Of a stretch of DNA of 64,000 nucleotides, positions 9,551-17,297 are shown piece after piece; position 1 is the stretch's first letter, and the number at the start of each line of letters is the position of its first letter. The notes below the pieces were generated by a model. That model was not told the origin of the DNA. It saw only the letters and a list, made by a program, of their open reading frames with translations, and searched no databases. This stretch comes from an uncultured Sporobacter sp. (GTDB lineage: Bacteria; Bacillota; Clostridia; Oscillospirales; Oscillospiraceae). The stretch is from positions 401,582-465,581 of the forward strand of contig CAXXVF010000002.1 of the NCBI GenBank assembly GCA_963663605.2. The letters run 5' to 3'. The position numbers and the translations under genes are program-made.

Positions 9551-10723
9551 TCACATACCTCCCATCGTCATATTCATACGTTCTGTTTCGATTCCCGCCA
9601 CTACTTCTTCAATGGAGACGAAGCCATGATAACTGACATAGCCGGTTGGTACGAACATCCCGTCTTCCTGCGAACTCCGTTCCTCGCCGTATTTCTTGAA
9701 ATCGTAATAGCGGTCGAGTTCGCCGTCATACTCATAGTGGCCTGACTCTGCTATCATATAGCGACCATAGTCCTCAAGGCTGTGCACATCGGGAACAAAA
9801 TCAAAAAGGTCAAGCTGGCTTAATAGTTTCCTTGCCTGGGTAAGATCGGCTGGGGATACCATTTGAAGTGCCGCTTCCGCTTTCTGACGACAGCCGCCAT
9901 CCAGTTCCTGAAAGCGTGCGCACAGATTGTTTAGCTCGTAGAGATTTTCTTCCGTGCCCATCAGGTCAATCAGCGCGGCAGGCAGTTCGCTGTCAACATA
10001 CTGTAGTCGCATATCCTCATTCTGGATTCCAGCACGCAGCAGGGCGCGTTCAATCTGACAGTCCTCCGCCGGCAGGTACAGCCATGCGATATCCCTGGTA
10101 TCTTCCGGGAGACTTCGGTCTGTGACCGCCAAGGTCAGCAAGGTGTCGCCGCTATACCGGTAATCAGGGAAATACAGTCCATCATAGGAAAGCTCCAGCT
10201 CCATGCCATTTTCGTAGACCACACCGTAAGGCGTGACGGTGCATTTCTCATTTAACAGAAGTGAATGGGCAGTGTTGCGGAAGTCCACTGATTTGAGATC
10301 ATCCTCGGTCAGCCCGCCATGAAGGTTCATATAATGTTTCCGGCCAGTAGCAGTCAGGTCAGTAAAATCCTGAATGATAGTGACGCCCTGACAGCAAAAA
10401 GTCAGGTTGATGAGATCCGTCATATTGGAAAGGTCCCGGCTGATGGCTGCGCCTTGAAATTGGGCAAGCTCGTATGTATCGAAGCTCTCCAGCCGTTTGG
10501 CGAGATAATCGAGCTCATCTACGTTAATTTCTGTTTTCTCCAAGCGCTTGAGAATAGGGTAATCACCGCCAAGCTCTGAGACAAAACAATCCCGCACGGC
10601 GATACTTCCGATGCCGATGGATTGGAGGCTTTCGTAAATTGCTGTATAATCTCCAATGGGGAAGCAGGCCGGTACGGGTGCTATATCCGGCCGGTTGCGG
10701 TTGGATAGTAACGCTTGTATCAT
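9551..10723 (-). CDS. ArdA-like anti-restriction domain protein, double-module (paralog 2)
   Basis: The C-terminus DYGRYMIAESGHYEYDGELDRYYDFKKYGEERSSQEDGMFVPTGYV closely resembles the ArdA domain-3 motif. It contains ELDYLAKRLESF and ELNNLCARFQEL repeats. It has the same length and layout as 7529..8698. Confidence 0.5.
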   Translation of the reverse strand: MIQALLSNRNRPDIAPVPACFPIGDYTAIYESLQSIGIGSIAVRDCFVSELGGDYPILKRLEKTEINVDELDYLAKRLESFDTYELAQFQGAAISRDLSNMTDLINLTFCCQGVTIIQDFTDLTATGRKHYMNLHGGLTEDDLKSVDFRNTAHSLLLNEKCTVTPYGVVYENGMELELSYDGLYFPDYRYSGDTLLTLAVTDRSLPEDTRDIAWLYLPAEDCQIERALLRAGIQNEDMRLQYVDSELPAALIDLMGTEENLYELNNLCARFQELDGGCRQKAEAALQMVSPADLTQARKLLSQLDLFDFVPDVHSLEDYGRYMIAESGHYEYDGELDRYYDFKKYGEERSSQEDGMFVPTGYVSYHGFVSIEEVVAGIETERMNMTMGGM

Positions 10724-10941
10724 GTTTTCACCGTCTTTCTTCTGCTTTCAAATTTCTCGAGATGTGTTTTCAGACAGTCGCCCTCGGCGGTGTAGCACTG
10801 AAAGCCGTGAGAGGGATAAGGGCAGTTACCACAGCTTGCGAATGGACCGCATAAAGGTTCAGGCGGCTCCGGTCTGCCAGTTACGAAGATCTCCGAATCG
10901 TAATAGGCTGTTTTTTTATTCCTGCGGTATTGTACTAACAT
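10720..10941 (-). CDS. Small Cys-rich hypothetical protein
   Basis: Start taken at MLVQYRRNKK. It contains CGPFASCGNCPYPSHGFQCYTAEGDC. Its stop overlaps the next gene's start as ATGA. No family recognised. Confidence 0.4.
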   Translation of the reverse strand: MLVQYRRNKKTAYYDSEIFVTGRPEPPEPLCGPFASCGNCPYPSHGFQCYTAEGDCLKTHLEKFESRRKTVKT

Positions 10942-11019
10942 GGTTCTTCCTTCCCTGAAGACAAAAAAGGCCGGAGAATGGAGGCGCGTTTCACGCCCCG
11001 ATTCTCCGGCCAATGTTAC

Positions 11020-11682
11020 TTACATACTTAATTCCTGTGCCATTCCTTTTGCTTGTCCAACCCTGTCCTGTATATCAGGGACGGCGTACTCGATTTGCGA
11101 CGCGGTTTTTTCAATTAGCTTCTCCTGCTCATATGTCAGCTCATGTTCGGAATCCATAGTGTTCCGCAAACATCGGTATATTTCCGTGAACTGCTCATTT
11201 GTAAACAATCGGTCGCGCGGTACGAAACCAGCGCGTTCAGCGAAGTCCTCCTTTGCCGCTGTGTAATTGTCAATATAATAGTGACCCTGTCCCACGCCGG
11301 TGCCGTCGTAGTCGCGCTGCCATGTTACAAATTTGTATCCATAGCCTTTTTCTGTTTCCCGTTCGGCAAGGACAGTACCATTAAACTCGGTAAGCAGGCG
11401 GAAGTCCTCATCCAAATCCCTTGCCTTGAGGAGAGGAGCCTTTTCTATTGCCGTCATGTATTCTCTGACCGTTTCGGCGATAGGCGATGTCCTGTGGTAG
11501 AGCTCATCGGCATCAGGCGTCCGCAGATCGCCGGGGGCAACAAACATCTGGCTTGTAGCGCCCACGTGGCATGCGGGTAGACCGTCAAGCAGGATAGTGA
11601 GGTTGTCCTCGCGCTGGACTGTGGACTTGATTCCTTGTTTGGCGAGAATGCGGGAGAGTTCATTAAAGTATTTTCTATCCAT
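11020..11682 (-). CDS. Hypothetical protein (first gene of the array)
   Basis: 220-aa ORF with AAGGAGG 7 nt upstream of the ATG and coding-like composition. No family recognised. Confidence 0.5.
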   Translation of the reverse strand: MDRKYFNELSRILAKQGIKSTVQREDNLTILLDGLPACHVGATSQMFVAPGDLRTPDADELYHRTSPIAETVREYMTAIEKAPLLKARDLDEDFRLLTEFNGTVLAERETEKGYGYKFVTWQRDYDGTGVGQGHYYIDNYTAAKEDFAERAGFVPRDRLFTNEQFTEIYRCLRNTMDSEHELTYEQEKLIEKTASQIEYAVPDIQDRVGQAKGMAQELSM

Positions 11683-11699
11683 ATAGAAACCTCCTTAAA

Positions 11700-11738
11700 A
11701 ACAAATAAGCCGGGATTCCGTTTAAACAGAATCCCGGC
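11700..11738 (-). terminator. Hairpin plus U-tract directly upstream of the RBS of 11020..11682
   Basis: On the minus strand GCCGGGATTC-(10 nt)-GAATCCCGGC is followed by TTATTTGTTTTT, then AAGGAGG and the ATG at 11682. Confidence 0.5.
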
Positions 11739-12015
11739 CTGATATTGTGATGCTTTTATATATTTGCGTTATGTGAGAAACGATTGGTTCGTAACTCAAA
11801 AGACTGCGCGCCCTTGCTTTGCACATTTGCCCCCATAAAATCAGGCAACTAATGAACGCCGCCTTGGTTTTCCCTCTGGTGCGCTTTTTCGTAGCTCGAT
11901 TGGCGGGGTTTTCTGCCGACTTGTGCGTTGTGAAAGTTCGAATCCAAAGACAGGTCTGAAATCACTGAAAGACATCACCAAAACTGCAATACTTTTTGAC
12001 GGGCAAAAAATGCCC

Positions 12016-12060
12016 AAAAAGCTTGATGTCCTGCGGGTTTTACCGCAGGACATCGTTTTT
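12016..12060. terminator. Bidirectional intrinsic terminator downstream of the tRNA-Ser pair
   Basis: Perfect 12-bp stem GATGTCCTGCGG/CCGCAGGACATC with a 6-nt loop. It is flanked by AAAAAGCTT on one side and GTTTTT on the other. Confidence 0.7.
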
Positions 12061-12072
12061 GGGAATAAATTA

Positions 12073-12163
12073 TGGCGGAGAAGGAGGGATTTGAACCCTC
12101 GCCCGCTTTAACACGGCTACTCCCTTAGCAGGGGAGCCCCTTCGGCCACTTGGGTACTTCTCC
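12073..12163 (-). tRNA. tRNA-Ser(GCU), CCA encoded
   Basis: The reverse complement reads GGAGAAGTACCCAAGTGGCCGAAGGGGCTCCCCTGCTAAGGGAG...GGTTCAAATCCCTCCTTCTCCGCCA. The anticodon loop is CUGCUAA, and there is a long variable arm. Confidence 0.9.
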
Positions 12164-12194
12164 AAGCCGATTTATAAACGCCTGACGGGTTAAC

Positions 12195-12283
12195 TGGCGG
12201 AGAGAGTGGGATTCGAACCCACGGTACGTTTCCGTACGACGGTTTTCAAGACCGTTCCGTTATGACCACTTCGGTATCTCTCC
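12195..12283 (-). tRNA. tRNA-Ser(UGA), CCA encoded
   Basis: The reverse complement reads GGAGAGATACCGAAGTGGTCATAACGGAACGGTCTTGAAAACCGT...GGGTTCGAATCCCACTCTCTCCGCCA. The anticodon loop is CUUGAAA, and there is a long variable arm. Confidence 0.9.
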
Positions 12284-12456
12284 ATATACCGTCAGACGCA
12301 GAAAGTATAGTAACATAAATGACTGGTGTTGTCAACGATTTCGGGCATAGAACTAATACAATATCAGCTTTTTCGGATGACGCTGAAACGGGCTGTAAAA
12401 AGTACGGAATATCTGAGAAAATCAAATGTGCCGCTTACAGCCGACCTATATGTAAA

Positions 12457-12867
12457 TTATAAATTCAGGAGCTTTACGGCAAAAATAGTCGCCCAGCCGA
12501 CAGCAACGACAAACGGGAAAAAACGATGGGGCATAAGCCAGGCGAATGCAGACGGTTTCGTATATCCGACCACGGCGACGGAGCGGTGTTTATCGGGAAC
12601 AATTTCATCAAAATATGCCTCTAATGCTTTAATCGCTTTCGTCGCCCGCCCGGTGCCGATACCGGCTGAAACGGCAATCAAAAAGCCGAGGGCGCTGAGG
12701 ATGAGCGCTATGCTGAAACTGGAACAAGTTATTGCATATGCGGCAAATAAAAAACCCTCAAATGTCCCAAGCCAGGACAAGCGCCGGTCAAGCAGGTTGT
12801 TTTCCTGACGTATGGCGTCTTTTATGCTTTCAAGCTCTTCCTTAAGGTTTGAACGTTCGACTTCCAA
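12457..12867 (-). CDS. Small membrane protein with an N-terminal coiled segment, hypothetical
   Basis: 136 aa. The N-terminus MEVERSNLKEELESIKDAIRQEN is followed by 3-4 predicted TM helices. GC is lower than in neighbouring genes. No family recognised. Confidence 0.45.
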   Translation of the reverse strand: MEVERSNLKEELESIKDAIRQENNLLDRRLSWLGTFEGFLFAAYAITCSSFSIALILSALGFLIAVSAGIGTGRATKAIKALEAYFDEIVPDKHRSVAVVGYTKPSAFAWLMPHRFFPFVVAVGWATIFAVKLLNL

Positions 12868-12937
12868 ATTAAAATACCAGCCTTTCTGTTTCGACTATTT
12901 TATCACCGCGCAAGCGCAGCGGAAAAAGACGCAGTTA

Positions 12938-13837
12938 TTATTTTTCTGCAGGATTATCACTGTGAGAGCCGCGCGTTTGCGCGGCCTTTTCATCCGGGGA
13001 AGGTTCATCCGGCGGCAGCTTCGTCAATAAAAACCGGCTGACGAATCTGCTGTTTCTGCTTTGGCCGCGCTGTTTGATGTAAAAATATCCGATGACAGAA
13101 AACACGGCCGCTCCGACGAAATTGACGAGCAGGTCTTTCATGGTGTCCATGATGCCGATATCCAGATAACCGTTTAAAACGATTTCCGTCGGCGCGCCGT
13201 TTACCGTGCCGTAAAGGACCGTTTCCGCTATATCCGAAACGACGACCGGTATATTCCGTCCCTCCGGATTCAGCTCAACGGTGCTGATCGCCGATAAAAG
13301 CGTGTCCTTCTGCATGTCGGTATGTAATAACATATCTCCGGCATATTCAAAAAACTCCCAAAGGACGCCGATGGTCATTGAAAAACAAAACGCGACGAGC
13401 GCCACGAAAACAGGGGACATGCTGATGGAGAATTTGTCATGCCTGTTGAGGATGTCGATCATGGCAATGCCGATGGCCGCGCATAAAAATCCGTTGATCG
13501 TATGCAGCATCGTATCCCAGCCGGGTACGTTGAGATAGCATTCGTGTATCTCGCCCAGTATCTCGGCGGAAAATATAAACAGCAGAATAATAATCTCCAG
13601 CGTATCCGGGACGTCGACCTTGATCTGCTTCTCCACAAAGGTCGGGATCATAAACAGGACAAGGGTCAGTATGCACAGGAACACGTTTGCGTAATCCCTG
13701 TTAACGATCTGTGCGATCATGACGCCGACGACAAGCAGCCTTAAGATTAAGTAAGCCGCGAAAAGACGGGGTTTTTTCCTGGCGGAGGCCTTTGTGCGGG
13801 ACCAAAACGCATGGCGTTTTTTACGTCTAGTTTTCAT
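12938..13837 (-). CDS. Polytopic membrane protein, hypothetical
   Basis: 299 aa with a basic N-terminus, about 6 TM helices and the motif WEFFEYAGD. The family is uncertain. Confidence 0.5.
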   Translation of the reverse strand: MKTRRKKRHAFWSRTKASARKKPRLFAAYLILRLLVVGVMIAQIVNRDYANVFLCILTLVLFMIPTFVEKQIKVDVPDTLEIIILLFIFSAEILGEIHECYLNVPGWDTMLHTINGFLCAAIGIAMIDILNRHDKFSISMSPVFVALVAFCFSMTIGVLWEFFEYAGDMLLHTDMQKDTLLSAISTVELNPEGRNIPVVVSDIAETVLYGTVNGAPTEIVLNGYLDIGIMDTMKDLLVNFVGAAVFSVIGYFYIKQRGQSRNSRFVSRFLLTKLPPDEPSPDEKAAQTRGSHSDNPAEK

Positions 13838-13882
13838 GGCGGCCCTATGCTCCTTTGACCGTGAACTTCCTGTGGTGAAAAA

Positions 13883-15136
13883 TCATTTTCGCCCGATATC
13901 CGTCCGGTAATGGACATCCTGGAATCGTATCCTTTCGATGCCCTCGTAAGCGCGGCGAACCGCGCCGTCCAGCGTTTTGCCGCTGGCCGTCACGCCAAGT
14001 ACGCGCCCGCCGCTGGTCAGGTATCTGCCGTCCTTTTTTACGGTTCCGGCATGATAAACGGTAATATCGGCCGGGACGTCGTCCAGACCCGTGATTTCAT
14101 AGCCCTTTTGGTAGGAGACGGGATAGCCGCCGCTGGCCATGACGACGCAGCAGGCTGCGCCGCTGCGCCATTTGATGTCGATATCGCTGAGCCGCTCGTC
14201 GACGACGGCCTCAAAGATATCCAAAATGTCCGTTTCGAGCATCGACAGGATCGGCTGCGTCTCGGGGTCGCCGAAGCGGGCGTTGTATTCCACGACGCGC
14301 GGACCGTCGGGCGTCAGCATCAGCCCGAAATATAATACGCCCTTGAACGTGCGGCCCTCCTTGTTCATCGCCTCGACCGTGGGACGGAAGATCGTCTTCA
14401 TGCAGATGTCCGCGATTTCTCCCGTGTATTTCGGACTGGGGCAAAAAGCGCCCATGCCGCCCGTGTTCGGGCCTTCGTCCCCGTCAAACGCGCGCTTGTG
14501 ATCCTGAGAGGAGAGCATCGGGACGATGGCTTTGCCGTCCGTAAAGGCGAGTACCGTCACCTCCGGACCCGTCATGAATTCCTCGATGACGACGGTGCGG
14601 CCGCTCTCGCCGAACTTGTTATCCTGCATCATGGACGTTAAAGCGCCGAGCGCCGTCTCGACGTCCTGCGCGACGACGACGCCTTTCCCGAGCGCCAGTC
14701 CGTCGGCCTTGACGACGATCGGCGCGCCTTTGGCCTTGATATATGACGCTGCAGCGTCGAAATCGGTAAAAACCTCATAGCCGGCTGTGGGAATGCCGTA
14801 TTTTTTCATCAGGGACTTGGAAAATGCCTTGCTGCTCTCGATGATCGCCGCGTCCGCGTGCGGCCCGAAGGCGCGTATGCCCGCAGCTTCCAGCGCGTCG
14901 ACGAGGCCGAGCGCCAGCGGGTCGTCCGGCGCGACCATGACGAAATCGACCGGGTTGCTCCGGGCGAAATCCACAATGCCGTCGATATCGGTCGCTTTGA
15001 TATCGACACATTCGGCGATTTCTGAAATACCGCCGTTTCCGGGCGCGCAGAAAAGCCTGTCGACGCGCTCCGACTTCTTCAGCGCCAGGCAGATTGCGTG
15101 CTCGCGGCCGCCGCCGCCGACAACCAGTACGTTCAT
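13883..15136 (-). CDS. purD: Phosphoribosylamine--glycine ligase
   Basis: MNVLVVGGGGREHAI, ATP-grasp motifs and GGAGG upstream. 417 aa. Confidence 0.95.
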   Translation of the reverse strand: MNVLVVGGGGREHAICLALKKSERVDRLFCAPGNGGISEIAECVDIKATDIDGIVDFARSNPVDFVMVAPDDPLALGLVDALEAAGIRAFGPHADAAIIESSKAFSKSLMKKYGIPTAGYEVFTDFDAAASYIKAKGAPIVVKADGLALGKGVVVAQDVETALGALTSMMQDNKFGESGRTVVIEEFMTGPEVTVLAFTDGKAIVPMLSSQDHKRAFDGDEGPNTGGMGAFCPSPKYTGEIADICMKTIFRPTVEAMNKEGRTFKGVLYFGLMLTPDGPRVVEYNARFGDPETQPILSMLETDILDIFEAVVDERLSDIDIKWRSGAACCVVMASGGYPVSYQKGYEITGLDDVPADITVYHAGTVKKDGRYLTSGGRVLGVTASGKTLDGAVRRAYEGIERIRFQDVHYRTDIGRK

Positions 15137-15186
15137 GGTGAAACCTCCAATGAGTGATCAAATCCCACCCGCCGCCCATAAATGTA

Positions 15187-15354
15187 TAGGGCTTCGCCCT
15201 ATGACCCTAAGAGAATAAAACGGGCATGATATATGAGAAATCATGAGAATAGTGGGGTGGAGAATGAGAATATGCGATAATCGTTTGTAGGGGCGGATTC
15301 CATATCCGCCCTTTGAAGAAATATTTGATTTACCGGGCGGATACAGAATCCGCC
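15187..15354. repeat. Cluster of REP-like GC-rich hairpins in the purH-purD spacer
   Basis: Three hairpins: TAGGGCTTCGCCCTA (15187-15201), GGGCGGATTCCATATCCGCCC (15291-15311) and GGCGGATACAGAATCCGCC (15336-15354). The last two share the GGCGGAT/ATCCGCC stem. Neither strand has a U-tract. Confidence 0.45.
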
Positions 15355-15406
15355 ACTATTTATTCGGGCGATTGGTTGAAGTCCAATACATTATTTGGGC
15401 GGGTAA

Positions 15407-16579
15407 TCAGTGGTGGAATAATCTCATGCCGGTGAACGCCATAACCATGCCGTACTTATCGCATGTCTCGATGACGTTGTCGTCGCGGATGGAACCGCCC
15501 GGTTCCGCGATATATTTAACGCCCGATTTCTGCGCGCGTTCGATGTTGTCGCCGAAGGGGAAGAAGGCGTCGCTGCCGAGCGCAACGTCCGTCATGCCGG
15601 CGATCCAGCTTTTCTTTTCCGCCCGTGTGAGCACGGACGGCTTTTCCGTGAAAACAGCTTCCCATTTGCCGTCGGACAGTACGTCTTCATAGTCGTCGGA
15701 GATATACACGTCGATGGCGTTGTCGCGGTTCGGTCTGCTGATATCGGGCAAAAACGGCAGCGTCAATACTTTTTCATGCCGGCGGAGCAGCCAGTTGTCG
15801 GCCTTGCTTCCGGCAAGGCGCGTGCAGTGGATGCGGCTTTGCTGGCCCGCGCCGACGCCGATGGCCTGGCCGTCTTTTACGTAGCATACGGAATTGGACT
15901 GCGTGTACTTGAGCGTTATGAGAGACACGACAAGATCGCGTTTAGCGCTCGGCGGCAGGTCTTTATTTGCAGTAACGATATTGGTGAGCAGGCTGTCGTC
16001 GATCCTGAAATCATTATGTCCCTGCTCGAACGTGATGCCGAAGACGTCCTTGAATTCCGCCTTTTCGGGCGTATAGTCCGGATCTATCTGAACGATGTTG
16101 TAGCTGCCTTTGCGCTTTTTTTTGAGAATCTCCAGCGCTTTTTCCGTATAGCCCGGGGCGATGATGCCGTCGGATACCTCGACAGCCAAGAGCGAAGCCG
16201 TCTCCTCGTCGCAGACGTCCGACAGCGCCGCCCAGTCGCCGTAGGAGCTCATGCGGTCGGCGCCACGCGCCCTGGCATAAGCGGAGGCGATGGGGGACAG
16301 GGGGGACGCGCCCGTAAAAAAGACGGCCCTGTCAAGCTCGGACAACGGCGTGGCGACAGCCGCGCCGGCGGGGGAGACATGCTTAAAGGAGGCCGCCGAA
16401 GGCAGGCCGGAGGCGGCTTTCAGTTCCCGGACAAGCTGCCAGCTGTTGAACGCGTCCATAAAGTTTATATATCCCGGTCTTCCGCCGAGTACGCTGATCG
16501 GCAGCGCGCCGCTGCGTATGAAGATACGTGCGGGCTTTTGATTGGGATTGCAGCCATATTTGAGTTCAAGTTCTGTCAT
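15407..16579 (-). CDS. purH: AICAR formyltransferase (PurH, transformylase domain only)
   Basis: Start at MTELELKYGCNPNQ with GAGG upstream. About 390 aa, matching only the C-terminal AICARFT part of bifunctional PurH. The N-terminal MGS-like IMP cyclohydrolase domain is absent. Confidence 0.85.
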   Translation of the reverse strand: MTELELKYGCNPNQKPARIFIRSGALPISVLGGRPGYINFMDAFNSWQLVRELKAASGLPSAASFKHVSPAGAAVATPLSELDRAVFFTGASPLSPIASAYARARGADRMSSYGDWAALSDVCDEETASLLAVEVSDGIIAPGYTEKALEILKKKRKGSYNIVQIDPDYTPEKAEFKDVFGITFEQGHNDFRIDDSLLTNIVTANKDLPPSAKRDLVVSLITLKYTQSNSVCYVKDGQAIGVGAGQQSRIHCTRLAGSKADNWLLRRHEKVLTLPFLPDISRPNRDNAIDVYISDDYEDVLSDGKWEAVFTEKPSVLTRAEKKSWIAGMTDVALGSDAFFPFGDNIERAQKSGVKYIAEPGGSIRDDNVIETCDKYGMVMAFTGMRLFHH

Positions 16580-16589
16580 AACAAGTACC

Positions 16590-17297
16590 TCAGTTTTGAT
16601 TTTTATTGATAATCGTGCTTTCAATCCTGCCTGTTAACAGCTCTTTCGAAAGGGCAAAAAGCGAGACTTTGTTATCCGCGTTAAGCGCGTCCCAGACCGT
16701 GTTTGCGTAATCGTCAAGGCTGCCGGTTACGGCAACGGCCTTCGGTTCGCCTTCGTAAGACGGGATGGGCGCGCCGTCGCATTTATAGGTGTGGATCAGA
16801 TGACCGATGCCGGGGACCGGCGCGTCGTATTCGAAAAACTGGCGGCAGCAGCAGTCCGGATTACCGTCTGAGCTTTTTAAAATAGACATTTTATAACTGC
16901 CGTCCGGCAGTACGAGGCCGGAAATACGGGGCGTGTAGTTCGGCGCGTCCGGCTCGAACGTGCGTGTTAAAAGCGCTGAATAAAAAAAGTTCTCCGCCGG
17001 GGCGGCGCTGCGTATCGTATCGGTCTGGTCGCCATTGGTGACGATGATCGTATCATCAAAAAAACGCACCGGGCGGTAGATGATAAGGCTGGGATCCGTT
17101 ATTTTCGACGGATCGAAGGCCTCGGTCCGTATACCGTCGTCCGTTCTTTTAAAAACCCGGTTGCGGCTGTTTTCACTCCGGCCCATGATGAAATAGATAA
17201 GGACGGCGCGCAAGCCGTCCTCGCTGCGGCCTAAAAGGATGCCGCGGCCGGGATACGTATTGGATGAAAGCGCAGTTTTAATGTCTGTGGACGTCAT
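16590..17297 (-). CDS. purO: IMP cyclohydrolase, PurO (archaeal-type) family
   Basis: Start at MTSTDIK overlaps the purN stop as ATGA. The motifs YPGRGILLGRSEDG and IYFIMGRSENSRNR are typical of the PurO-type family. Confidence 0.75.
   Translation of the reverse strand: MTSTDIKTALSSNTYPGRGILLGRSEDGLRAVLIYFIMGRSENSRNRVFKRTDDGIRTEAFDPSKITDPSLIIYRPVRFFDDTIIVTNGDQTDTIRSAAPAENFFYSALLTRTFEPDAPNYTPRISGLVLPDGSYKMSILKSSDGNPDCCCRQFFEYDAPVPGIGHLIHTYKCDGAPIPSYEGEPKAVAVTGSLDDYANTVWDALNADNKVSLFALSKELLTGRIESTIINKNQN

Noticed and set aside
11930-11965. The tRNA T-loop-like sequence GTTCGAATCC in the junction region, considered as a tRNA or tRNA fragment.
   Set aside because: The flanking bases (GAAAG / CAAAG) cannot form a T stem, and no acceptor, D or anticodon arms can be drawn. 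At best it is a decayed fragment. It is mentioned only as context in a finding.
11841-12111. Small ORFs (70 and 62 aa) in the element/tRNA junction.
   Set aside because: One runs through the bidirectional terminator and into the tRNA-Ser gene. Both lack an RBS and have non-coding-like composition.
15137-15406. ZTP (pfl) riboswitch in the purH-purD spacer, suggested by CCGGGCGGA...TCCGCC strings.
   Set aside because: In the transcribed (minus) orientation the conserved 3' element CCGCCUGGGC and the 5' GGGUCGUGACUGGCG-type domain are both absent. The hairpins are better explained as REP-like repeats.
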